A stretch of DNA of 60,926 nt from Candidatus Woesearchaeota archaeon (GTDB lineage Archaea; Nanobdellota; Nanobdellia; UBA10117; JABICX01). Positions 9,095-17,626 of this stretch are shown piece by piece. Made by a program: the position numbers and the translations under genes. The number at the start of each line of letters is the position of its first letter. Within the stretch, counting starts at the first letter, position 1. Under the pieces are notes generated by a model. It saw only the letters and a list, made by a program, of their open reading frames with translations, did not search any database and had not been told where the DNA came from. The stretch spans positions 1 through 60,926 of the forward strand of contig JABHLG010000004.1 in assembly GCA_018692915.1 (NCBI GenBank). The letters run 5' to 3'.

Positions 9095-10414
9095 ATGGAA
9101 AAAGCAGATAAAATAAAACAAATGCTAGAAAAAGGAATTGTTCCTACTGTTGATAATATTAATAATTCTAACAAAACTGGTGTTGATATTGTACATGCAC
9201 CAGAATATATACCACATAAAGTAAATGTTAAAGAATTTCATGAAGCTAATCGTGAAAAATTTACTACCATGAAAAATTTACTAATGAATAGAAGCGAACT
9301 TCAAAATGCCGTTTCTATTAGTAGAGCACCACAAATGGAAAGCAAAGATGTTACAGTTATTGGAATGGTTTTTGAAAAAACAAAATTCCCAACTGGAACA
9401 ATTCGTTTAGAACTTGAAGACCTTTCAGGAAAAATGGTAGCAATTATTTCAAAGAAAAATGAAGAATTATTAAAAAAAGCAGAATTCATCGCAAAAGATG
9501 AAGTTATTGGTTTTATTGGCGGCTGTTCAAAAGGAATATTTTTTATTAATGATATTGTTTGGCCAGATGTTCCACAGAAAAATTTACCAACAACAAAAGA
9601 AGATGTTTATGTGGCTTTTCTTGCAGATATTCATGTTGGTTCAAAGGTTTTTCTTAAGGAAGAGTTTGAGAGTTTTTTAAAATGGTTAAATGATGATAAT
9701 GATATATCTAAAAAAGTAAAATATATTTTAATGTGTGGAGATGTTGTTGATGGTGTTGGTATATATCCACAACAAGATAAAGAATTAGAAATAACTGATA
9801 TTTATGAGCAGTTTAAAGCACTAGCAAAATATATTAAACAAATTCCAAAAGATAAACAAATAATTATATCTGCAAGTGACCATGATGGTGTAAGGATTGA
9901 AGACCCAAGACCTAGGATTCCAAAACATTTAGCACCTGATTTATATGATGTCGATAATATTCACTTAGTTACAAATCCATCAATTATTAAACTTCATAAA
10001 GTTGATAGTTATCCTGGAATAAATGTTCTAATGTATCATGGAGATAGTTTTGATTATTATATTAATAATGTTGAAGCACTAAGACTTGCTGGTGGATATG
10101 ATAAAGGTTCTGAAGTAATTAAATTCTTTTTACAACGTAGACATTTATCTCCAACATATGGCGGACAAGAAGTTTTACCTATGAAACCAGACCCACTTGT
10201 TTTACACCAAATTCCAGATGTAGTTCATACAGGACATATTCACAAGAGCGACATTGGAACATACAAAGGAACAATTATGATATGTTCAAGTTGTTTTCAA
10301 GGAAGAACAAGCTATCAAGAGAAGTTAGGACATCATCCCGACCCTGGAAAAGTAATCCTCCTTAATTTAAAAAATATGAAAATTAAAATCCTAGACTTTA
10401 ATAAAGAAGTGTAA
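9095..10414 (+). CDS. polB: DNA polymerase II (PolD) small subunit DP1
   Basis: 439 aa. OB-fold region followed by calcineurin-like phosphoesterase motifs 'DIHVGS', 'GDVVDGVG', 'YHGDS' and 'HTGHIH'. It starts 5 nt after cdc6. Confidence 0.9.
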   Translation: MEKADKIKQMLEKGIVPTVDNINNSNKTGVDIVHAPEYIPHKVNVKEFHEANREKFTTMKNLLMNRSELQNAVSISRAPQMESKDVTVIGMVFEKTKFPTGTIRLELEDLSGKMVAIISKKNEELLKKAEFIAKDEVIGFIGGCSKGIFFINDIVWPDVPQKNLPTTKEDVYVAFLADIHVGSKVFLKEEFESFLKWLNDDNDISKKVKYILMCGDVVDGVGIYPQQDKELEITDIYEQFKALAKYIKQIPKDKQIIISASDHDGVRIEDPRPRIPKHLAPDLYDVDNIHLVTNPSIIKLHKVDSYPGINVLMYHGDSFDYYINNVEALRLAGGYDKGSEVIKFFLQRRHLSPTYGGQEVLPMKPDPLVLHQIPDVVHTGHIHKSDIGTYKGTIMICSSCFQGRTSYQEKLGHHPDPGKVILLNLKNMKIKILDFNKEV

Positions 10415-10457
10415 TACTCTTTGCAAAACTATATATGTTAGAATTCATTATCATAAT

Positions 10458-11270
10458 ATGAATAAAACAAAAGTTTTAGTTTCAGAATTAACACTTTTTG
10501 CTATAATTCAATTTTTAGGAATATTTGTTGCAAGTAAATTTCTAATACTAAGACCAGAAGTTTTAGCAACGCCTCAAATATCTCTTACATATTTTATAAT
10601 GATTTTTTTAATGTCTGTAGCGTTCATATTTATAGCAATGCGTTTGTTCAAAAACAAACATGGATTTAAATTACTTTTTGTATTTCTTATTGTAATTGGT
10701 TCACGAACAGTTTTCGCAGCATTTATGTCGGAATTTTATGCAAGTATTATTGCACTAATAATTGTAGCACTTTGGGTAGCAATTCCATATGTGTTTATGC
10801 ATAATATTGCATTAATATTTGCAATATCTGGAATATCAACAGAACTTGGTTTCTCACTTTCTTTGTCAACAATTTTATTTTTGTTTGGTGTTCTTTCAAT
10901 ATATGATGTAATTGCAGTTTACAAAACAAAACATATGGTTAAGATGTTTACAGGTTTAATGGATAGAGGATTATTGTTAGCGCTTATTGTTCCAATAACA
11001 AAAAGTTGGTTTTCAAAAGTATCTGAAGTTAAACCAAAAGCCGGGTTCATGCTTTTAGGAACTGGAGATATTGCATTTCCACTTATACTTGCAGTTAGTG
11101 TTCTAAAAATTAGTTTATATTCATCTATTTTTGTTGCAGGAGGTTCAATTATCGGAGCAGCATTAGTTTTCTATCTTTTAATCAATCAACAATCTAGACG
11201 AGCAATACCCGCACTTCCACCAATCGCACTTTGCTCAATAGCAGGATTTTTACTTAGTTTAATTATATAA
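10458..11270 (+). CDS. presenilin/signal-peptide-peptidase-like intramembrane aspartyl protease (A22 family)
   Basis: Polytopic protein with the three family motifs in order: 'SIYDVIAVY' (YD), 'LGTGDIAFP' (GxGD) and 'IPALPPIA' (PAL). Confidence 0.75.
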   Translation: MNKTKVLVSELTLFAIIQFLGIFVASKFLILRPEVLATPQISLTYFIMIFLMSVAFIFIAMRLFKNKHGFKLLFVFLIVIGSRTVFAAFMSEFYASIIALIIVALWVAIPYVFMHNIALIFAISGISTELGFSLSLSTILFLFGVLSIYDVIAVYKTKHMVKMFTGLMDRGLLLALIVPITKSWFSKVSEVKPKAGFMLLGTGDIAFPLILAVSVLKISLYSSIFVAGGSIIGAALVFYLLINQQSRRAIPALPPIALCSIAGFLLSLII

Positions 11271-11300
11271 AATATTATAAATAGTGTTTAGACGAATAAT

Positions 11301-11543
11301 ATGAGAGAAAAATTATATAAAGTACCAATATATTTAACAATTTCTAAACCAACTATTGGTGGTAGCTTTCCTTTTGAGGAAGAGACAACACTAGAAGTTA
11401 AAGCAAAATCAGCTAATGATGCACTTAAAAACCTAAGAGGACGTAAAGATTATCATACTAATTATGAATTGTTACCAATTCATGAACAAGAGAAATTACA
11501 ACCATTTATGTTAAGAGTTAATGAACGTATTAGAGAAATTTAA
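11301..11543 (+). CDS. hypothetical small protein
   Basis: 80-aa ORF in its own intergenic slot. No motif recognised. Confidence 0.45.
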   Translation: MREKLYKVPIYLTISKPTIGGSFPFEEETTLEVKAKSANDALKNLRGRKDYHTNYELLPIHEQEKLQPFMLRVNERIREI

Positions 11544-13730
11544 TTATTTAAATTCCTCTTCGAAAATAGCTTTAATTTTTTCAGCTTTCTTTGGACCTAA
11601 CTTTTCAACTTCCTTAAGTTCATCAATAGATGCATTTGCAATATTCTTCGGGTTTTTGAACTTTTTTAATAAAGCAAATGCCATGTTTTCTCCAATCATA
11701 GGTAAGCCTTCTATCAAGAATTGTTGTTGTTTTTCAATTGGCCAATCTCTACGCGAGCCCCTTAAAGAAACACTTTTCTTTAAACTAATTTGTTCTCTCC
11801 GTGCAATTTGAAATAAATATTTAGCAGTTTCTTTTGGACTATCAGAGAAAATTATAGGAATTCCATAATCTAGTGAAATAGAAATAATAGCACTTCTTAT
11901 TGCGTTTGGGTCAATATTTCTTACTTTGAATAATTCATCTATCGAACCTTCAAGAATAAAAAGGGGTTTATCAAAGTTCCTTTTGATTTCAATTGCTTGT
12001 GTAAATAATCTTCTGTCAAGCAAACTATTTACAAAATCACTAACTATTTTTCTTTCAACACAGACATCATCAGATAGAATAAAATCACCTACTTCTAAAT
12101 TCTTATAAATTAATTTAGCACCCAAGTCATGTAGCTCCTCAACAATAAATCCTCTTTCGCGGTTATCTACAAAAATTATAATCTCTTCCTTATCTTTTTC
12201 TTTAATATCTGTAATCTTCATTTGTTCAGGTTTTTTAACTAAATCTTTTGAAACAGAATTAATAGCGTAATCCATACCTTGCTCTTGTCTTTTTGATACC
12301 CAGAAATAAATTTCATCCTTTGTTCCTTTAGCAATTAAAATAATTAAATTTCCAATTGATTGTCTTCCAGTTCTGCCCCGTCTTTGTATAGACCTTATTG
12401 CACTTGGAACTGGAGAGTAAAAGATAACTAAATCTACTGATGGAATATCAAGACCTTCTTCTGCAACAGATGTGCAGACTAAACCATTTATTTCACTATT
12501 TTTTAACATTTGAATTCTTTCAATTTGTTGTTTTTGTGTCATACCTTTACCAACAGTGCTAGCTTGCCCAACAAACTTTTCAACTAAAAAACCATCAAGA
12601 GTTTTTAGTATTTCATCTATATTACTACGAAATTCTGTAAAAATTAATATTTTAGCATCTCGTTTTTGACTAACAACTTTTTCAAAAACTCTACGTAAAT
12701 ATTGTAATTTTGGATGTTCAATACCTGCTTCTGAAGCTTCTTGAATCATTCTATATGCAACTCTAACATGAAAATCTGAAACAATATTTTTTACAGCTTT
12801 TACATTAGTTGTTTTTGAAGATGCCCAAATATTAGAAAAATAACTATTTACAGCAGATATTGATTCAGATTCTAATAAATCTACTGCGTGACGTAATTTG
12901 ATTATTCCCGCAGTTACTGATAATCCTTTCATAACATTAAAATCACCTTCATTTATTCTCGAACGTAAACTTCCTTGGATTCTAAGAAGGGCTTTCTTAG
13001 ATAGAGATTTGATTTCAGTTGTTTTAATAAAACCCAATTGTTTTAGAATTATTAGCCTATCTTTAATTGCAAGTTCAAGATGATGTTTAATTTTTTTAAA
13101 TTCTTGCGGAAGTTCAATAAATTCATATTTTGTTAGAATTGGTTTTACAAATGGTTCAACTTCAGGGTGCGTTTTATTTCTTAATTCAATATTACTAATA
13201 TGTAGATTTGCACAGATTTCTTTTATTTTATCTTGATCTGTACCTGGAGAAGCAGTTAGCGCTAATATTCTATTGGTTTTTATTTTAGCAAAATATTTTG
13301 CAATTGAGACATAAGCATAATCTCCTATCGCTCTATGTGCTTCATCAAAAATCAGTAATTTAAACTCTTTCAAATCAATTCTTCCTGCAAGAATATCATG
13401 TTTAATTGTTTGAGGTGTTGCAATAATTATTTTAGCATTACTATATATTTTTTCTCTATCTTTCGCAGGAGTTGTTCCCGTAATAGAAATAATTTCTTTC
13501 TTATGCTCAAAAAACTCATCAAAAGTTATCTTATGTTGGTTAACAAGTGGTTTAGTTGGCGCAACCATTAGAACTTTACCGTGCTTTAAAATAATACTCG
13601 AAAGTGCAACAGCAATGTATGTTTTTCCAAGTCCTGTAGGTATTACACAAAGAGTATTTTGATTGATTGATTTATCTAAAATCGTTTGCTGATATATTCT
13701 AAGGTTTAATTTTTCCCGCAAAAATTTCAT
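11544..13730 (-). CDS. hef: Hef (helicase-associated endonuclease for fork-structured DNA), XPF/FANCM family
   Basis: N-terminal SF2 helicase ('PTGLGKT', 'FDEAH', 'TAS', 'QRRGRTGR'). C-terminal ERCC4 nuclease ('VDNRERG', 'GDFILS', 'ERK'). Terminal HhH2 ('LGPKKAEKI'). Confidence 0.9.
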   Translation of the reverse strand: MKFLREKLNLRIYQQTILDKSINQNTLCVIPTGLGKTYIAVALSSIILKHGKVLMVAPTKPLVNQHKITFDEFFEHKKEIISITGTTPAKDREKIYSNAKIIIATPQTIKHDILAGRIDLKEFKLLIFDEAHRAIGDYAYVSIAKYFAKIKTNRILALTASPGTDQDKIKEICANLHISNIELRNKTHPEVEPFVKPILTKYEFIELPQEFKKIKHHLELAIKDRLIILKQLGFIKTTEIKSLSKKALLRIQGSLRSRINEGDFNVMKGLSVTAGIIKLRHAVDLLESESISAVNSYFSNIWASSKTTNVKAVKNIVSDFHVRVAYRMIQEASEAGIEHPKLQYLRRVFEKVVSQKRDAKILIFTEFRSNIDEILKTLDGFLVEKFVGQASTVGKGMTQKQQIERIQMLKNSEINGLVCTSVAEEGLDIPSVDLVIFYSPVPSAIRSIQRRGRTGRQSIGNLIILIAKGTKDEIYFWVSKRQEQGMDYAINSVSKDLVKKPEQMKITDIKEKDKEEIIIFVDNRERGFIVEELHDLGAKLIYKNLEVGDFILSDDVCVERKIVSDFVNSLLDRRLFTQAIEIKRNFDKPLFILEGSIDELFKVRNIDPNAIRSAIISISLDYGIPIIFSDSPKETAKYLFQIARREQISLKKSVSLRGSRRDWPIEKQQQFLIEGLPMIGENMAFALLKKFKNPKNIANASIDELKEVEKLGPKKAEKIKAIFEEEFK

Positions 13731-13794
13731 ATATTATTTTAGAAGTTTAATTTAAATTACTTTATATTGTTTGGAAATAGTGTATAAATATATA

Positions 13795-14604
13795 TTATTT
13801 ACCTACGCCACGAGAGTGTTTTGGTTCAAGATAATGATAAATAACAAAGAACATAATAATACTTCCAAGTATGCCCATACTTAATGCGAGAAATATTCTA
13901 TTAAAGTAAACTGTAAGTATGGCTGTTATAATTGTAAGTGTTAGTAAAAATGTTCCCAATAATCTTGACCCAAAGTAAATCATTTCACCTTCCATGTAAG
14001 GAATATCGTTTTTGTGCCATACGACTTTTTTTAATTTATGTGTCATAGCACGAACATCTCCTTGTCCTACCATCATTGTTAGAGGAATTACTCTAAAGAA
14101 AGGAAAAAGATTCATTGTAGCTAGCCAAAAATTGATAACCATTAATTTATGCCAAACAAATGCACCTGTTTTTATAGCCAATATCCCTGCAATTAGTGCT
14201 AGAATAAAATTACTAAATGGACCTACAGCAGCAATCTTAGCTCTTTCCCAAGGACCCATGTGTGGAAATTTATGTTTAGGTCTTAGAACATATTTTGAAC
14301 TAATAACTACAACCCAAACAGCTGCAAAAATAATATACCCATTTGTTAAAATTGTTATTAAAAGTGCAGCAAATAAAAGTGAATTCCAAGTTTTGAATTT
14401 AACTGTAGCATCATATTTTTTAGCAAAGCGTTTATGAACTATTTCATGAATTCCAATTGAAATAGCAACAAGAATTGTAGCAAGAATGAAATTTCGAATA
14501 CCTACACCTATGTTAAATTGAGATATACCCCAATCTCTGAAACTAAAACAAAATCCCAATACAATTGTCGTTATTGCTAAAAGTTTGAACTCACTTTTAT
14601 CCAT
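13795..14604 (-). CDS. membrane metalloprotease, site-2-protease (M50)-like
   Basis: Polytopic. HExxH inside a helix ('IHEIVHK') and a downstream 'NLFPF' (NxxP) motif. Confidence 0.6.
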   Translation of the reverse strand: MDKSEFKLLAITTIVLGFCFSFRDWGISQFNIGVGIRNFILATILVAISIGIHEIVHKRFAKKYDATVKFKTWNSLLFAALLITILTNGYIIFAAVWVVVISSKYVLRPKHKFPHMGPWERAKIAAVGPFSNFILALIAGILAIKTGAFVWHKLMVINFWLATMNLFPFFRVIPLTMMVGQGDVRAMTHKLKKVVWHKNDIPYMEGEMIYFGSRLLGTFLLTLTIITAILTVYFNRIFLALSMGILGSIIMFFVIYHYLEPKHSRGVGK

Positions 14605-14691
14605 AAGTTTTCTATACTTACTTTTTAAAAAACGTTTTTGTTTTCTCTAAGCTATAAATCATATTAAACCCAATTTTAGGGATTTATATAT

Positions 14692-15465
14692 ATGAAAATT
14701 CTTTGTCCAGATAAATCAGAAAAGACTATTGAAGAATGCGCAGAATGTGCTAAGTGTTTCCCAAAACCAATTATGAGTATGCTTTTGAAAGGTAGAAATA
14801 GAAAAAAGAAACTCAATTCAAAGCCACGTTATGGTGTGACAAGATTAGTAGGTAATTGCTTGAGAAAAACCTATTATGACCTTACTGAAGAAGTTGCAAT
14901 GCCTTTAGATAAACTTTGGATATTTACACGAGGAACTGCAATACATGAGTTTGTTCAAAAAGAAATACCTGAGGCAGATAATGAAATATTTAAGGAGCTA
15001 ATTTTCCCAAATTTTAATGTTCTAGGTTTTATAGATGCAGTTCATGATGGTGCTTTGTATGAATTTAAAACTACTGCAAATATTCCACAAAAGCCACAAG
15101 ATGCACATATTTTGCAAGCTCAAGCATACTATTCTATGCTCGATGAGGCGCAGAGAGCTAAGGTTGAGAAAATACTTGTTATTTATTTTAGTATGCATAA
15201 AATAAAGGTTTTTGAGGTTCCTGCAAGGAACATTATACCTTATCTTGAAGCAAGAGGTGCAATCCTCACAAATTCTATTGAAATGAAAACTCCACCAAAG
15301 CGAGAAGAAGGTTATATTTGTAGTTATTGTGAACATAAAGATATTTGCTTTGGACATAAACTCTCTACACATAATCTCTCAAGAAAATCAGAAGATTTAC
15401 CAGTCTTATCTGAAAGTTCAGCTCAGGAACCTAAAACACCAAAGCAAGCAACTTTGGACGTATAG
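14692..15465 (+). CDS. Cas4-like PD-(D/E)xK nuclease with Fe-S cysteines (no CRISPR context)
   Basis: 'GFIDAV ... YEFKT' (D...ExK), 'QAQAYY' (QxxxY), one N-proximal Cys plus C-terminal 'CSYCEHKDIC' (Cx2Cx5C). There is an extra N-terminal CxxC pair. Confidence 0.7.
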   Translation: MKILCPDKSEKTIEECAECAKCFPKPIMSMLLKGRNRKKKLNSKPRYGVTRLVGNCLRKTYYDLTEEVAMPLDKLWIFTRGTAIHEFVQKEIPEADNEIFKELIFPNFNVLGFIDAVHDGALYEFKTTANIPQKPQDAHILQAQAYYSMLDEAQRAKVEKILVIYFSMHKIKVFEVPARNIIPYLEARGAILTNSIEMKTPPKREEGYICSYCEHKDICFGHKLSTHNLSRKSEDLPVLSESSAQEPKTPKQATLDV

Positions 15466-15554
15466 AGCACTAAATCTCTAATTTTAACAAATAATATGTA
15501 CAGTTAAGCATAATGAATTTCTGGTTTATACATAGACATAGCTAAATAATCGCG

Positions 15555-15734
15555 CTATCGGAAATGAATTTCCAATAGCTTTCGATAGACTGCGCTTAAG
15601 TAGGGGTTTCTAACGGAAATAAGGGGGTATCAAATGAAACACAGTTTCCATACGAAATAGGGGGGTTAAACAGTTAACAGTGGCAAATTCACTGTGTTCA
15701 GATAAATCGGAAGTCTATCGGAAAAGGGAAATAG
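15555..15734. repeat. cluster of ORB/iteron-like repeats with G-strings
   Basis: Direct repeats gtttctaacggaaataagggggt (15606-15628) and gtttccatacgaaataggggggt (15644-15666). Near-palindrome ctatcggaaatgaatttccaatag (15555-15578). A further ctatcggaaaagggaaatag lies near 15715-15734. Inverted aacacagt/actgtgtt at 15637-15645 and 15691-15698. Confidence 0.6.
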
Positions 15735-15762
15735 ATATATATGTTTAGGTTGTAAATTTTTT

Positions 15763-16236
15763 ATGGATGTTGAGGATGTTAAAAAACAGATAGCTGAATT
15801 GCAAAGTCAAGTTGACGCTTCAAAGAAACAAACAACTGAAGAGCGTTTAGCTAATATTGAAAAAGAGCTTAACGCAATGAAAGACCGCTATATTAGACTT
15901 CTTGAACATACCATAGAATCTAACGGAAATCGGAAATCGGAAACTTCCAATAGGATTTCCAAAGGAAGTCCAAATGTTCAGCTAGATAAATTTCAGCTCC
16001 TTATATTACTTAATCAAAGCAAAGCAGATACACCTGAATTTGCAGTGTCTTCAACTCAGCTAAAGCAAGCATTCTCAATAAACAAAACTGAGAGAACAAT
16101 TAGAGATAAGTTATCCACTTTAGAAGTTATGAATTTAGTAAGTTCAAGAGGACAAAAGCCAAAGTTATATTTTTTAACTCCAAAAGGCCTTCAAATAATC
16201 TCCCAGCAACAAAGAGGCCTCATGCAAACATTATAA
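15763..16236 (+). CDS. coiled-coil plus C-terminal winged-helix DNA-binding protein
   Basis: 157 aa. The N-terminal heptad-like region is followed by 'TERTIRDKLSTLEVMNLVSSRGQKPKLYFLTPKG' (wHTH-like). The CDS itself contains copies of the upstream repeat motif at 15919-15967. Confidence 0.6.
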   Translation: MDVEDVKKQIAELQSQVDASKKQTTEERLANIEKELNAMKDRYIRLLEHTIESNGNRKSETSNRISKGSPNVQLDKFQLLILLNQSKADTPEFAVSSTQLKQAFSINKTERTIRDKLSTLEVMNLVSSRGQKPKLYFLTPKGLQIISQQQRGLMQTL

Positions 16237-16281
16237 TAATAAATTCCAAATCTTTTTATTTTCTAGAGTATATAATACAAA

Positions 16282-16956
16282 ATGAATCCAAAATTAAAAT
16301 ATTTGCTTGAAAAAGATACTGAAATTTCAGTATCTTGGATTCTTAAAATAATAATGCTGGTATCAGGTATTTATCTCTTATTCTGGCAACAAGAATATTA
16401 TTGGGCAGTTAATTGTTTTATATCTTTTACTTTAGCAATTATACCTAGTGTATTTGCAAAAAGTCATAAAGTAAATTTACCTTGGGGAATTGATTTATTT
16501 ATTACAATAACTCTTCTTACAAATGTATTGGGATATGTTCTTAATTTCTATGCAACATTGTGGTGGTGGGATATAATTGTTCATGGAACTGCTGGGATGT
16601 TAGTAGCACTATTAGCTTTTTCAATTGTATTTATTTTAAATTATCATACAACAAAAGTAAAAATTGATATTCGTATGATGTTTTTATTTATAATATTCTT
16701 TACTATTGCAATGGGTGCATTAATGGAAGTATGGGAGTGGACTATTGATTTAATCGTATTTGGTAGGATTGTTGAGCAGAGCAATCCATTACTTACTCCT
16801 TTAAATGATACAATGAAAGATATTGTTGTGGATACAATTGGTGGTATAATTGTCGCATTTATTGGTATTATTTGGATAAAGAATACCCCAAAAGAAAAGC
16901 TTCGTAGAGATTTAAATTATAAATATCTAACTAAATTTGTTGAAAAGGAGTTTTAA
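16282..16956 (+). CDS. hypothetical polytopic membrane protein
   Basis: 224 aa with about 6 hydrophobic helices. No family recognised. Confidence 0.6.
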   Translation: MNPKLKYLLEKDTEISVSWILKIIMLVSGIYLLFWQQEYYWAVNCFISFTLAIIPSVFAKSHKVNLPWGIDLFITITLLTNVLGYVLNFYATLWWWDIIVHGTAGMLVALLAFSIVFILNYHTTKVKIDIRMMFLFIIFFTIAMGALMEVWEWTIDLIVFGRIVEQSNPLLTPLNDTMKDIVVDTIGGIIVAFIGIIWIKNTPKEKLRRDLNYKYLTKFVEKEF

Positions 16957-17042
16957 ATAAATTAAATAGCATATACAATATAGTTTTTATAATATAATAT
17001 ATTATAAATTTCTTAATTTAATTAGTATTAAAGGTGAGATTT

Positions 17043-17600
17043 ATGAATAAAAATGGAAAATATGCGATAGTTTTTGCAGTAGTTGTGGCTTGCGTTTTAT
17101 TAACGAGTATTGCTGTTGCAGGCCCAAAAGGTGGCGGTGGAGGACCAAAGCCAGAATGTAACGATAAGATTGATAACGACGGTGATGGATATACAGATAG
17201 AAAAGATGATGGTTGTAATGGTAAAAAAGACAATGATGAAAGCAACTGTGGAGATGGAACTTGTGAGGGTTCAGAATCCAGTGATAATTGTGTAGCAGAT
17301 TGCGGACCTAGCACATATTGCGGTGATGGAACTTGTGATGCAGATGAAGATTGTAGTTCTTGCTCATCAGATTGCGGAAATTGCAACTCATGTACAGATT
17401 CAGATAATGGTTATAATGTAAATACAAAAGGTACAGTATCTGGATATGACAGTGGAGAAACATATACTTATACAGATTATTGCACTACAAACGCTACTCA
17501 ATTATTAGAATATTATTGTATTGGAGATGTATGGAATAGTATACCATATAATTGTAATAGCAATGATACAACCTCTTGTGTAAATGGAGCTTGCATCTAA
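17043..17600 (+). CDS. secreted cysteine-rich protein (MopE-like DxDxDGDG motif plus CGDGTC repeats)
   Basis: Signal/anchor 'YAIVFAVVVACVLLTSIAVA', Gly run, 'ECNDKIDNDGDGYTDRKDDGC', then 'CGDGTC' twice. The track start 17034 is GTG. ATG 17043 is preceded by aaggtga. Confidence 0.7.
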   Translation: MNKNGKYAIVFAVVVACVLLTSIAVAGPKGGGGGPKPECNDKIDNDGDGYTDRKDDGCNGKKDNDESNCGDGTCEGSESSDNCVADCGPSTYCGDGTCDADEDCSSCSSDCGNCNSCTDSDNGYNVNTKGTVSGYDSGETYTYTDYCTTNATQLLEYYCIGDVWNSIPYNCNSNDTTSCVNGACI

Positions 17601-17626
17601 GCTCCTTTATTTTTATTTTATATAAT

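Noticed and set aside
8279-9680. ORFs 8279-8584(-), 9301-9489(-) and 9498-9680(+)
   Set aside because: They are embedded in the cdc6 and DP1 genes, either antisense or out of frame. The composition is typical of AT-rich shadow ORFs.
11521-13083. Plus-strand ORFs 11521-11811, 11926-12108 and 12898-13083
   Set aside because: They are antisense to the well-supported Hef gene and have no motifs.
14012-15372. ORFs 14012-14437(+) and 15022-15372(-)
   Set aside because: They are antisense to the M50-like protease gene and the Cas4-like gene respectively. Both host genes have clear catalytic motifs.
15590-15670. GC-richer patch as a possible tRNA or other small RNA
   Set aside because: I could not fold it into a cloverleaf; there is no acceptor/T-arm pairing and no GTTC-type T-loop. 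The G-strings are better explained as ORB-like repeats. The patch at 53975-54050 was judged the same way.
17018-17386. 122-aa minus-strand ORF rich in PSPQ/SS repeats
   Set aside because: It is fully antisense to the Cys-rich secreted protein gene. Its low-complexity composition is the mirror of GAT/GGT/TGT-rich codons. It has no independent start context.
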